From NCBI GenBank assembly GCA_002269645.1, contig NIVC01001206.1:44563-108562 (forward strand): a stretch of 64,000 nucleotides of DNA. Direction: 5' to 3'. The notes under the pieces are model-generated. The model was given only the letters and a program-made list of their open reading frames with translations. It was not told where the DNA came from and ran no database searches. The position numbers were made by a program, and so were the translations under genes. This DNA is from Macrostomum lignano (Eukaryota). Numbering within the stretch: position 1 is the first letter of the stretch; each line of letters begins with the position of its first letter. Below, piece after piece: positions 48,168 to 61,411 of the stretch.

Positions 48168-51100
48168 TTAACGATACAGTACCGGATTCCCGTAATACGC
48201 TGGGGGCACACCCCGACGCTCGCGCAGTCTTCGCGGAGACACGGCCGGCGCTGCTGGAGCCACCGGTGCGCATGGCGCAACTGGCGTTCCCGGCCCTACT
48301 ATCCCATGCCGAGGCCCAACGGCAACTGGTGGCACCACATACGAGTAAAACTCCTCCTCCTCCTCAAGTTCCGGCTCTGTAGTCGCCAGCCCCGCGGGCT
48401 CCTGTCTGCACCCTGCCGGCTCAGGCGGATGCGCCGACCGGCGCTGCACTGCCGTACGCCTATTCATCAACCTGAACTGCTCAGGCCGCTCGGGTACTTT
48501 TCGCAAATTATTATAATGCACTATTTTGCTCTTTCCCCTATTGGCGTGCTTTACCCGGTAATTCAAATCGGATATCTTCTCTAACACCTTCGCCGGCCCC
48601 TTCCAATTGCAATGGAACTTGGCTGCCTCCCCTGCCTGCAGCGCAGGCGAGTATTCTAGGACGGCATCCCCAACTTCTATGGCCGGGCCTCGCACCCTTG
48701 AGTCGTACAGCACTTTCTGTTTCCTCTGGTACTGCTGCAGGTTGGTCCGCACCTGCGAATGAGCCTCAGCCAGACTATTACCTAATGACTGAACATACGC
48801 CGGAGCACTGGCAGGAATGGACTCAGGCAAGGTTCCATGTCCACTGGAAGCCGCATCTCCCTGGCGTACAGCATGTAGTACGGGGTGTACCCCGTGCCTC
48901 TGTGAACGCTGCTACGGTACGCCATGAGAGACGGGTGGATCAGATCCTCCCAGTCTCCTTCGCCCACCGACTCACTCATCCTGCACTTGATCATTGACTT
49001 CAACGTCTTATTGAAACTCTCAGCCTGACCATCAGCCATCGGGTGATAGGAGGACGTTCTGCATTTCTTAACGGCAAGCAACCGACACAACTGCTTCATC
49101 AAAGCCGACTCAAAATTGGTGCCCTTATCGGTGACTAGAAATTCAGGACAACCAAAGTGCGCAATCCAGTGATCAAAAATCGCTCGCGCCACCGTCGGGG
49201 CTCGCTGATTCGACAAGGGCACCGCCACCGGCCACTTAGTAAAAGAATCCTGGATTGTCAGCACGAATCGATTGCCACCTCTGGACTTGGGCAACGGCCC
49301 GACAATGTCACTCATGATCCTCTGGAAAGCTCCTTCCGAGCAGATTGGCTGCAAAGGCGCCCGGTTGCTGCGCCCAGGCTTCGCCTTCGCACAGTGGACA
49401 CAGCTCCGGCAATACTCTTCCACGGAACGACTCAGCCCCGGCCACCAGTATCTCGCCTTCACTTTCTCTTGTGTCTTCCTAACCCCAAGGTGCCCTCCTG
49501 CAACCCCATCATGAAGCTCACTGAGCACTTTCGGCAGCAAAGCCGGCGGCAGCAAGATCTTTTTCTGGCACCCACTCCCGGGACTCTGAAAATACAACAG
49601 ATCAGACTCTACTCTTATCAGCTGCCGTTGTGCCCACAGCACACGCTCCTCCCACGACATCACTCTAGGCGCACTGGGGTTCGAACCCGGGTCCAGGGCA
49701 TAGGAGCGGACAGCTGCAAGCTTCTTCTCGGCCACTTGCGCCTGCTGGACTTCCTTCGAAGACAGCCCACTGCCAAACACCGCGTTCACTACTGGCACAT
49801 TCTCGCTAAACTGGCAGCTAGGGCAGCTCTCATGGCCAGCGTGTTTTCGGTACTTGCGAGACAGCGAATCAGCGTTGCCGTGCTCCTTGCCTGGCCTGTG
49901 AATGATCTCAAAGTCGAAGTTCTGGAGCGACTCAAGCCACCTTGCGCACTGACCCTCTACGTCCTTCAGACTGGCTAGCCACTGCAAAGCTTTGTGGTCT
50001 GAACGAACAGTGAACTTTCTACCTAACAAATAGTACCTATACTTTTTGACGAAGTGCACGACGGCAAGCAACTCTAACCTGGTGGTGCAATAATTTTTCT
50101 CCGCCGCATGAATCATCCTAGACCCGTAAGCGATCACCTTCTCACGGCCATCTGCTTGACGCTGTGACAGGACGGCTCCCAGCCCGACGCGCGAACTGGC
50201 GTCCGTGTCGAGGATGAACTCCCCGGCACCAGGCGAAAAATCCGGGAATGCCATCACATTCGGTGAACACAAAGCGTCTTTCAGCCTGCAAAACGAACTC
50301 TCCTCTTCACTACCCCACTCAAACTTCACTCCGTCTGCGGTTAACCTATACAGCGGCGCTGCAATCTCCGAAAACTGCGGGATAAATGACTGATAGTAGG
50401 CGCACGTACCCAGGAATGCCTGCACCTTCTTGGCGCTACATGGCCTCGGCCAATTCTGGATCTCCTCGCACTTGCTCGGGTCCGTTGCGATCCCCTCCTG
50501 AGAGACGATGTGGCCCAGAAACTTCACCCGCTCTGCGAGGAACACACACTTGGCGGGCTTCAGCTTGACATTGGCATCCCTCAGGCACTGGAAAACATGC
50601 TTCAATCGCTCGAGATGCTGACCCACCGACTTGGCGAACACGACTATATCGTCAAAGTACACCAGGCACTCCTTCCAGTTAACCTCAGACAGGGCCATAG
50701 ACATTAGCCTGGCGAACGTGCGGGAGCATTGCGCAAGCCAAAACTCATGCACTTCCAGGCGAACTGACCCCTGTTGGGTACCACGAACGCCGTTTTCAAC
50801 TGGTCCTTCGGCTCAATCGGGCACTGATGATAGCCGGAGGCCAGATCCATCGTCGAGAAAACACAGTTCCCTCCTAGCGCATCAAGCGTCTCGTCCATCC
50901 GCGGCGGTGGGTAAGGATCTGGCACTGTGACCTCGTTAAGGCGCCGATAGTCTAGACACAACCTCAAGCTACCGTCGGCCTTTTTAACCGGCACGATCGG
51001 GCTCGCCCACGGAGAGTAGCAGGGATAGATGCGATCCTGCTGCAACAACTCATCAACCTGCTTATCAATTTCCTCCTTCCAGCGCGGTGGAATCCTACGC

Positions 51101-52104
51101 GCGGGCTGACTTACTGGCTTGGCGTTGCCGGTGTCAATCTCATGCGCCATCAAGTGTGACTGTCCCAACTCCGAGCTATCCCTGGCAAAGACATCACGAT
51201 TCCGAGCCATCAGGCGCTCAAACTCGTGCTTCTCATCGCCCGTCAGGCCACATCCTCCCCACTCCTTGACATCGCTGAGGGGGTTCCAGTCGTCTCGGAC
51301 ACTCTCCACCGAGTTCACCTGCCACCCAGCTGGCTGCTGGGCCGCCACTGGGGAGAACCAACCAATTCGGCTTCCCTTCCTTAATGACAGACTGCATCCT
51401 GACGTGTTCAACACCCTGACAGCCAAGCGACCGTCCCCGTCAGGCATCTGTACCGATCTGGCCACCATCTGCTCGTTACTCACTCTCCTCTCAGACTCCA
51501 CAATGCCTAGGAACTGAACCCCAGAGGGAACCCTTCTCTGCAACCTGACGTGCACCACCTTCTCTTGACCTGCATTGAACTGCTCAGGCTGACTCAGCAC
51601 CAGACGGCAAAGACGCGGCTTATCTGCTGATAAGCGAAACGGATACACACAGGATGCAGTCTGCAAGCAATTCCTAGCAAAGTCAATCGCCATCCCGTGT
51701 CTCACGAAAAAGTCAGTGCCCAGAATACATGCCACAGCCAGTTCCTCGACCACAGCGAACTCGTGCAAAAACTCGGTGTCCCCAACAGAAAACTTCATCG
51801 TCACCATTCCATGTACAGCAATCGGTTCCCCATTGGCAGCGAAAACGGAAAAATTCGGCAAATTCGGCAATAAGTCAATGTCGGCTTTTTTAGACTTCAG
51901 GAAACGGTTGCTTAACAACGACACGGTGGCCCCGCTGTCAAGCAGACATGCAATCGGGGGCCCAAACCTAAACTGTGCATCCACATAGCCCAGTCCCTGC
52001 CGACTCAGCACACTCTGGGACAAGGCCGCGGCCCCCGATGCACCCGGATTCACTGACGCTGGGGCCCGGACGGGTGCCCCGGCCGAGCCCCCAATCCGTT
52101 TCCC
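48168..52104 (-). CDS. pol: Gypsy pol polyprotein (protease, RT, RNase H, integrase); two 1-nt frameshifts (~50720, ~48830)
   Basis: LLDSGAT (PR); PWASPIVPVKK, RLCLDYRRLN, YFDDIVVF (RT); DTDAS, TRLELLAV, SDHKAL (RH); H..GH..C..C, SDIVGP, TDKGTNF, AESFNK (IN); W.GP and SH3-like tail; no chromodomain. Confidence 0.95.
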
Positions 52105-53030
52105 GAACCCGACTGGTCCCACCGACGATAGCAGCGGTTGCGCATGTGCCCTGACTGGCCACACTCCCGGCAGACCACTGCATTACGGCACCGAGCCGTA
52201 GTATGCCCTGTCTGCAGGCACCGACCACACTGCCTCTGCTGCTGACTCTGCTCAGGGGCTCGATGCTGCAAGCTCACTTTTGGCTGCTCAGACCTTGCTG
52301 TCGCCATCGGCGCAGTGGGCGCTGCAGCACTTGCTTTTAGCTGAGCCACTTCCGCTTTCAGAGCTGCTATCTCGGCGGCTGCCCTGGACTCCTGGCTGTT
52401 GCCAGCCGCTGCGGCCTGACCCCCCACCATGTGCACAGCTCGCTTGCCCTCGGGCTCCATCAGAGCCAACGATGCCCTCACTTGACGCACCCGCCTAATA
52501 GCGTCCTGGAGCGTCTCTGGCGCTTGCAGCAGCACGCTCTCCAGCACCCGGGCTGGCACCCGAATCCCCTTCAAAAACCTGTCTTTCACCAACTCTTCTC
52601 GCTGGGCCGCTGGCAGCATTGGGTACGATTTTCTCATAAGCTCCTTGAGCACGTCTGCATATTCTTCAATGGGCTCGCCATCTTTCTGATTCCTACTCTG
52701 GAACTCGGTCTTGTAATCTTGAGCAGTCCTATTCTCATCAAACCTAGCCTCTAGCTGCTCAACAAACTCATCATACGGCAAATCATCGGCCAACTCAAGA
52801 TTCGCAACAGCCTTAAAAGCAGTATTAAAGTCAAGCAGACTGAGCAGCGCCTGCTTGCGCTGATCCCCTAGAATATGAGCCGCCTCACAATACCCTGTGA
52901 ATTGTTGCATCCAAAGGGCAAAGTCCTGTGTGGGCACGTACTTATTTGGCCTCGGCACCCGCTGTGCCACATTAAGTTCGTTTTGCAGACGCGCCGTCAG
53001 GGCGTCAATCAGATCGTCTAAATTGGCCAT
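52050..53030 (-). CDS. gag: Gypsy gag with two CCHC zinc knuckles
   Basis: ATG at 53030; capsid-like Q..GE.IEEY..L..L motif; CGRCLQTGHTTARC and CRECGQSGHMRNRC. Confidence 0.92.
   Translation of the reverse strand: MANLDDLIDALTARLQNELNVAQRVPRPNKYVPTQDFALWMQQFTGYCEAAHILGDQRKQALLSLLDFNTAFKAVANLELADDLPYDEFVEQLEARFDENRTAQDYKTEFQSRNQKDGEPIEEYADVLKELMRKSYPMLPAAQREELVKDRFLKGIRVPARVLESVLLQAPETLQDAIRRVRQVRASLALMEPEGKRAVHMVGGQAAAAGNSQESRAAAEIAALKAEVAQLKASAAAPTAPMATARSEQPKVSLQHRAPEQSQQQRQCGRCLQTGHTTARCRNAVVCRECGQSGHMRNRCYRRWDQSGSGNGLGARPGHPSGPQRQ
52098..52104 (-). promoter_or_regulatory. -1 ribosomal frameshift slippery heptamer G GGA AAC (gag-pol)
   Basis: X XXY YYZ in the gag frame; a -1 shift enters the pol frame. 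A GC stem (GGGGCTC...GGGCCCC) begins ~6 nt downstream. Confidence 0.8.
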
Positions 53031-53134
53031 GGCTACAAAAACACAGAGACAACCGAAGCAAACAACACACAAATAAACTAGGCAACACACACAACCCTAA
53101 ACACACGGCAGGACAGCAGGGGAGAGGACCGCTG

Positions 53135-53152
53135 ATCCTGGTCACGGCACCA
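53135..53152 (-). other. Primer-binding site complementary to the tRNA-His 3' end
   Basis: TGGTGCCGTGACCAGGAT 2 nt inside the 5' LTR. It matches the invertebrate tRNA-His(GUG) end ATCCTGGTCACGGCA+CCA, recalled from the known tRNA sequence. Confidence 0.85.
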
Positions 53153-53154
53153 CT

Positions 53155-53856
53155 TGTTGTGTCTCGGCCTAATGGCCGCTGGACGGGTCAAGGTTCGGGC
53201 CCTCCCCGCCTGAGACACCCCGGTCCCAGCCCTCACCCCGGCTATTCCTACCCTGTCTCGCTCGGTTCGGCGAGAGTTCGCCTGACCGAACACCCTGGGA
53301 TCGGCGAGAGTTCACCGTTCCCAGGTCCCTGCAGATCCCGGCCCCACGCGGCAACCCAGAAGAACGAAAGCTCGAGCTCACCTCCTCTTGATATATCGAG
53401 TTACTAACGAAGCGTTTATTGGCCCGAAGCAGTATTGGCACGCGAAGGCAGAGGTACGCCGTGAACGCAAAAACAGTAAGAACGAAGCGGACACCAATAG
53501 AGAGCAACGTGGAGCGCAGCCCGCTCAGGGCTAGCATTTAAATAATACACAAAAAAAGGGGAGGGGTGGGGCAGACTGGAGACGGCGAGCCAAACCCTGG
53601 GGCCCAGCCGGCTTATCAACCAGCCAGCCAATACGAGCAGCCCCAGGGTGAGGCGGGCAACGAGGGAGGGGGGGGGTCGGCACCCAGATTGGACAGAGAT
53701 TGGGCCGGGGGCTGGGTGCAAAGGGCTAGGCCAGGGTTGAGACTTACGCCTCTCACAAACCCTGGCCCGGGCGCGAGACGGGGGACGGGGCGGGGTGGCA
53801 TGAAAACTGAAAACAAAAGTACGAGTACATACACACTGGAAGGGCGCAGCCCAACA
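53155..53856 (-). repeat. 5' LTR (702 bp)
   Basis: TG...CA; differs from the other LTR at 3 small indel sites and 1 substitution that I could find. Confidence 0.95.
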
Positions 53857-55552
53857 TAAGCAACAGCTGCTGCTTGACCGGCCAGTAGGCCAGACGTTCG
53901 ACAAGGTGAGGCGAAGCGGCCGTCAGCTCAACAGTTGCTAGGTGGCAACCAGAGACTGACTCGAGCACGAGCAGTTGGCGAGAGTTGGGCGACTTGCAGT
54001 AGAGCACAGTGCTGGGCAACGGTCGCCATGGAGACCGGTTGGATGCCGGGAGACTGCCAGCTTCCAGCGACTCAAAATCCACAGCTGTTTGGCTCTGAAA
54101 TTGCCAAGTTTTTGCTAAAAACTTCTCAAACATGAAAATCTCAGTCTTAGCTGTGCGCACATATGCTAGAATAACACTAGATGGGCCACTAAGGCACATA
54201 ACGCTCGTATACTTAGTAAAACAGCTTTCTACTTTCAGTTCAGTAGCGATGAAGAATGCATAAGCTATTTTATAAGAAAACAAAGGTTTAGAAGCCCTTG
54301 AAGCTTGCAAGCGCAGGCAACTTGCTAATTGGTTCAGCAATAATGTAGATTGGCGAGTTCACTGAAATGTACATGGCAGCTTTAGGCTGGAACAACTGAG
54401 GAAGGTAATAAAATTGGGGGGGGGGGACAGGGGTTGAGTTCTGTGTGGAGTTTGAGGGTTTAAGCTTAGGGGAATAAGAGCCTTTATAACCCTTGGCTTT
54501 AAAATATACTAAAATGCTTCCGTTTAACTTACTACTGAACTGAAAGTAGCTTGCATGCAAATGTGCTGAGTGGCCCATCTAGTTATTCTAGTATCTGTGG
54601 ATCAAGCTACATTCTACAATTATATGTAACTAAAAGTCCAACCCCAAATGCAAGGGAGTGTACATGCCTGACGATTAGAACATATCCGTGTTCCTGCTCA
54701 GAGGTCAGTGGGATGCACACGACTGCTATGATTCAATGCGCATTGAACTTAATTAGCCACAAAACTACTTCAAGTAGTTTTAAAACTCACGGCATTCTCT
54801 TCCTCATCCTGAGTCGGCCATCTCAGCCCAGTTTTCGGTCCTCGCCACATCGGCCTGCGCCCATGCCGAGTCTGATCCCCGAGGGTCACCACAGTCAGAT
54901 CCGTTGCCCTGACCGATTCGAATTTGCGTCGCCTCTCAGTCTTATGATATCGCCGAAGGGTCCCGGACGGATGTCCACCGCGAAAGCCTCTGTACAGGTA
55001 TTCAGCTTCGTCCAACAGATTGGCAAATTCAACTTCCAGGAGGTGCTTGTTCAGCTGAGGTGGCGGCGGTGCCAGCTGTTGAGTCAGCGACGATTCAGCA
55101 ACGGTGACAGCAGCCATGGCGGCCTCCTCAGTAGTTGCTAGGCGATCCCGAGCCGCAGCGGCTGCTCTCAGGTCACCGGAGTCCAGAGCGGCTCTGAGCT
55201 GATCAGCTGACTGTTGCATAGCAGTTGCCATGGTCTCCGACAGAGCCGGCCTGCTTGCGGCTCTCAGGCGGGTCCTGCGCTGCTCAGCCACCTGTTGCAG
55301 TCTGTCAATCAGCGAGTCCCAGGCTGCCAGGGCGGCCTCCTGTCGCTCGGCGACTTGCAAGATGGCGGAGGCTGACTGCAGCTGACGCTGGCAGGCCGTC
55401 TGCAATGTAAAATATTATACAATTGATATTGCAGGAGGGCTGCGGGGTGTACAGCCAATTGGTGCAGACAATATTATATGCAGCTCGACTTGTTGAATTA
55501 CTTTACCGGGATTGCACGGGTTTACAGAAATGATCTGAAAGTCGCACAAAAG

Positions 55553-58222
55553 TGGCGCCAGCTACAGAGGGGGGCGCCAGCTACAGGGGGTGCCAGCTAC
55601 AGAGGGGGCGCCAGCTACAGAGGGTGCCAGCTACAGAGGGGGCGCCAGCTACCTAGGGGGCGCCAGCTACAAAAGGGGCGCCAGCTACAGAGGGGGCGCC
55701 AGCTACAGAGGGGGCGCCAGCTACAAAAGGGGCGCCAGCTACAGAGGGGGCGCCAGCTACAGAGGGGGCGCCAGCTACAGAGGGGGCGCCAGCTACAAAA
55801 GGGGCGCCAGCTACAGAGGGAGCGCCAGCTACCTAGGGGGCACCAGCTACAGAGGGGCGCCAGCTACAGAGGGGGCGCCAGCTACAGAGGGGGCGCCAGC
55901 TACAAAAGGGGCGCCAGCTACAGAGGGGGTGCCAGCTACAGAGGGGGCGCCAGCTACAAAAGGGGCGCCAGCTACAAAGGGGGCGCCAGCTACAGAGGGG
56001 GCGCCAGCTACAAAAGGGGCGCCAGCTACAGAAGGGGCGCCAGCTACCTAGGGGGCACCAGCTACAGAGGGGCGCCAGGTACAGAGGGGGCGCCAGCTAC
56101 CTAGGGGGCGCCAGCTACAAAAGGGGCGCCAGCTACAGAGGGGGCGCCAGCTACAGAGGGGGCGCCAGCTACAAAAGGGGCGCCAGCTACAAAAGGGGCG
56201 CCAGCTACAGAGGGGGCGCCAGCTACAGAGGGGGCGCCAGCTACAAAAGGGGCGCCAGCTACAAAAGGGGCGCCAGCTACAGAGGGGGCGCCAGCTACAG
56301 AGGGGGCGCCATGCTACAGAGGGGGCGCCAGCTACAAAAGTGGCGCCAGCTACAGAGGGGGCGCCAGCTACAGAGGGTGCCAGCTACAGAGGGGGCGCCA
56401 GCTACAAAAGGGGCGCCAGCTACAGAGGGGGCGCCAGCTACAAAAGGGGCGCCAGCTACAGAGGGGGCGCCAGCTACAAAAGGGGCGCCATGCTACAGAG
56501 GGGGCGCCAGCTACAAAAGTGGCGCCAGCTACAGAGGGAGCGCCAGCTACAGGGGGTGCCAGCTACAGGGGGGGGGGCGCCAGCTACAGAGGGTGCCAGC
56601 TACAGAGGGGGCGCCAGCTACAGAGGGTGCCAGCTACAAAGGGGGCGCCAGCTACAGAGGGGGCGCCAGCTACAAAAGGGGCGCCAGCTACAAAGGGGGC
56701 GCCAGCTACAGAGGGGGCGCCAGCTACAAAAGGGGCGCCAGCTACAGAAGGGGCGCCAGCTACCTAGGGGGCACCAGCTACAGAGGGGCGCCAGGTACAG
56801 AGGGGGCGCCAGCTACCTAGGGGGCGCCAGCTACAAAAAGGGCGCCAGCTACAGTGGGGGCGCCAGCTACAGAGGGGGCGCCAGCTACAAAAGGGGCGCC
56901 AGCTACAAAAGGGGCGCCAGCTACAGAGGGGGCGCCAGCTACAGAGGGGGCGCCAGCTACAAAAGGGGCGCCAGCTACAAAAGGGGCGCCAGCTACAGAG
57001 GGGGCGCCAGCTACAGAGGGGGCGCCATGCTACAGAGGGGGCGCCAGCTACAAAAGTGGCGCCAGCTACAGAGGGGGCGCCAGCTACAAAAGGGGCGCCA
57101 GCTACAGAGGGGGCGCCAGCTACAAAAGGGGCGCCAGCTACAGAGGGGGCGCCAGCTACAGAGGGGGCGCCATGCTACAGAGGGGGCGCCAGCTACAAAA
57201 GTGGCGCCAGCTACAGAGGGAGCGCCAGCTACAGGGGGTGCCAGCTACAGGGGGGGCGCCAGCTACAGAGGGTGCCAGCTACAGAGGGGGCGCCAGCTAC
57301 AAAAGGGGCGCCAGCTACAAAGGGGGCGCCAGCTACAGAGGGGGCGCCAGCTACAAAAGGGGCGCCAGCTACAAAGCGGGCGCCAGCTACAGAGGGGGCG
57401 CCAGCTACAGAGGGGCGCCAGGTACAGAGGGGGCGCCAGCTACCTAGGGGGCGCCAGCTACAAAAGGGGCGCCAGCTACAGAGGGGGCGCCAGCTACAGA
57501 GGGGGCGCCAGCTACAAAAGGGGCGCCAGCTACAGAGGGGGCGCCAGCTACAGAGGGGGCGCCAGCTACAGAGGGGGCGCCAGCTACAAAAGGGGCGCCA
57601 GCTACAGAGGGAGCGCCAGCTACCTAGGGGGCACCAGCTACAGAGGGGCGCCAGCTACAGAGGGGGCGCCAGCTACAGAGGGGGCGCCAGCTACAAAAGG
57701 GGCGCCAGCTACAGAGGGGGCGCCAGCTACAGAGGGGGCGCCAGCTACAAAAGGGGCGCCAGCTACAGAGGGGGCGCCAGCTACCTAGGGGGCACCAGCT
57801 ACAGAGGGGCGCCAGGTACAGAGGGGGCGCCAGCTACAGAGGGGGCGCCAGCTACAAAAGGGGCACCAGCTACAAAAGGGGCGCCAGCTACAGAGGGGCG
57901 CCAGTTACAAAAGGGGCGCCAGCTACAAAAGGGGCGCCAGCTACAAAAGGGGCGCCAGCTACAGAGGGTGCCAGCTACAAAAGGGGCGCCAGCTACAGAG
58001 GGTGCCAGCTACAAAAGGGGCGCCAGCTACAGAGGGTGCCAGCTACAAAAGGGGCGCCAGCTACAGAGGGTGCCAGCTACCTAGGAGGGCGCCAGCTACG
58101 GAGGGGGCGCCAGCTACAGAGGGTGCCAGCTACCTAGGAGGGCGCCAGCTACGGAGGGGGTGCCAGCTACAAAGAGGCGCCAGCTACAAAAGGGGCGCCA
58201 GCTACAAAAGGGGCGCCAGCTG
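55553..58222. repeat. 18-19-bp GC-rich minisatellite (GGCGCCAGCTACAGAGGG), ~2.7 kb, intronic
   Basis: Direct tandem repetition; it is the source of many repetitive ORFs. Confidence 0.95.
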
Positions 58223-58751
58223 CAGAGGGAATGTTAAGTCGACAGTAAATTCTCGCTCTCCGCAATCCGGTTCTACTACTACTAAGAGTAGCTGACTCCC
58301 CTGAAAGTGAATCCGATGCTCGCTAAAGTGCAAGTCGCACAAGTCGAGACCGCAGTGACCGCAACGGCTGAACGCACGCTTCTGGCAGGTGTCGCCCTCG
58401 AGTCCAACTGCCTTACAGTTGAGTTGAATTGGCTGTTCAGTCTCTTCTCGAGCCTGCACCTGCTGCTGTCGGCGATGCAGCTGACGGACAGCCTCGATGA
58501 GGTCGCGCATGTGGCTGTTCTCGACTGGCCGACTCAGCCGGTCCCGGCACTGCGGGCAGCGGGCCGACTGATGCATGGGGCTCGAGTTCAGGACGCCCTG
58601 GTAGCATGCCCGACACAGGGTGTGATGGTTGGAGCACACGTAGCAGGGGTCCACAAATAAGTCCAAGCAGAGCGGGCACTTCAGGTCCTGGTGATCGTCT
58701 AGGGCTGGCTGGTCTGAGCTGCTGGACTGAGAGTCTGCTTGGGGTGGCGTG

Positions 58752-59570
<819 letters not shown>

Positions 59571-60039
59571 GTGTCTAAGATATTGTAAATCTACAAAGAT
59601 AAAACTGCGATGCACAGAACTTACCCGGCTGTCCTGTCTCTAAATTGCTGTCCATCAATTATTGATTGTACACTGAGTTCTATCTGTAGTGTATACCGGT
59701 ATGTAAGTGGCTTTTGAATTTAATATTTTACATACTCAAAAACCGTTTTTTTCGAGTTAATTTTTTTCAAGTTCTTTCCTCTGCGTTTTATAATTTGAGT
59801 AGCTGGTTGGGTCTTTTGTCCTTCGCTGCACAGCAATTTTTGTACTGACGCTCTGCATTTCAACTCTCATATCTGTTTGTGCACCCAATTGTGTTCTTGA
59901 GTACATTCACTTAGTTTGTACAATAAACTTGCGCATATATTGCACAGGAGTGTACTCACTTTCAGTTGAGAGAATTTTTAGTACCTGACTAGCGCATTAA
60001 GCCCCAATGGGGGCATTCGAATTCAAAATCCAAACATTG

Positions 60040-60209
60040 AGAGAGAGGATAGAGTGGAGAGAGAGGGGGGAGTAGAGAGAGGGGGAGAGTAGAGGCAGAA
60101 GGGGGAATAGAGAGAGATGGGAGAGTAGAGAGAGGTGGGAGAGTAGAGAGAGAGAGGGGAAGGGGGAGTAGAGAGAGATGGAGAGGTGGGAGTAGAGAGA
60201 GGGTTAGAG

Positions 60210-60277
<68 letters not shown>

Positions 60278-60681
60278 AGAGTAGAGAGGGGGAGTAGAGA
60301 GATGGGGAGGGAGTAGAGAGATGGGGAGGGGGAGTAGAGAGATGGGGAGGGGGAGTAGAGAGATGGGGAGGGGAGTAGAGAGATGGGGAGGGGAGTAGAG
60401 AGATGGGGAGGGGGAGTAGAGAGATGGGGAGGGGAGTAGAGAGATGGGGAGGGAGTAGAGAGATGGGGAGGGGGAGTAGAGAGATGGGGAGGGGGAGTAG
60501 AGAGATGGGGAGGGGGAGTAGAGAGATGGGGAGGGGGAGTAGAGAGATGGGGAGGGGGAGTAGAGAGATGGGGAGGGGGAGTAGAGAGATGGGGAGGGGG
60601 AGTAGAGAGATGGGGAGGGGGAGTAGAGAGATGGGGAGGGGAGTAGAGAGATGGGGAGGGGGAGTAGAGAGAGGGTTAGAG

Positions 60682-60717
<36 letters not shown>

Positions 60718-60880
60718 TAGAGAGAGAGGGGGAGAGTAGAGAGAGAGGGGAGAGTAGAGAGAGAGGGGAGAGTAGAGAGAGTCAGGGGGAGAATAGAGAG
60801 AGGTGGGAGAGTAGAGAGAGGGGGGAAAGGGGAGTAGAGAGAGGGTTAGAGTGGAGAGAGAGAGAGAGGGGGAGAGTAGA
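60040..60880. repeat. GA-rich tract with (GA)n and ~20-bp GAGTAGAGAGATGGGGAGGG units
   Basis: Direct. Confidence 0.9.
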
Positions 60881-61411
60881 CCTGAGAGGCCATTGGTCAT
60901 TGCCAAATAGTTCTAAATATTGAATTACACGCCAACTGGCAAACAGATGTAGGCTATTAATTAAAAAAGTTTTCTATAAAAATCGGTCGATACTACTTAG
61001 TTAAGGCGACTTACCATCCAACATGTTTTTCGAAGCTTCAAGTTGTTTTCTTTCTAAAAATTTCATTGGCTTTGCTTATTTATGAAGGAAAGTAAGATTA
61101 TATATTCATTTATCAGGAATATAACCCATATTGATCTAAATTACTTTTTTCAATGATTCTCTGCCAACTAACGGACCAACGAAATTACATGTGTACTTGT
61201 AATAGTTATACCGACAGTTTATCTAAAATGGATTCTCTCTAGGACATCTGCAGCTATTGATTTTTATTTATTATTAACGATGTCGAAAGACTTGGTGAGG
61301 CTTTAGGGAGGGCTGTTGTACCTCGATTCGGAAGCAGTAGGCTTTCACGATTGCTGGAGTCATGGACTTCTAAAATGGAGCAAATGGAATGGAAGACCTT
61401 GGCAACGAATT

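Larger units (their letters stand above)
45206..53856 (-). mobile_element. Full-length Ty3/Gypsy LTR retrotransposon (8651 bp) with gag, pol and an extra ORF
   Basis: Two TG..CA LTRs (45206-45912, 53155-53856), 4-bp TSD TAAG (45202-45205 and 53857-53860), PBS, PPT, and domain order PR-RT-RH-IN. Confidence 0.97.

Noticed and set aside
55478-58295. Multiple long RGGASY/EGAPAT/QRGRQL ORFs
   Set aside because: 18-bp minisatellite inside an intron of the minus-strand TRIM-like gene; open in several frames with frequent frame switches.
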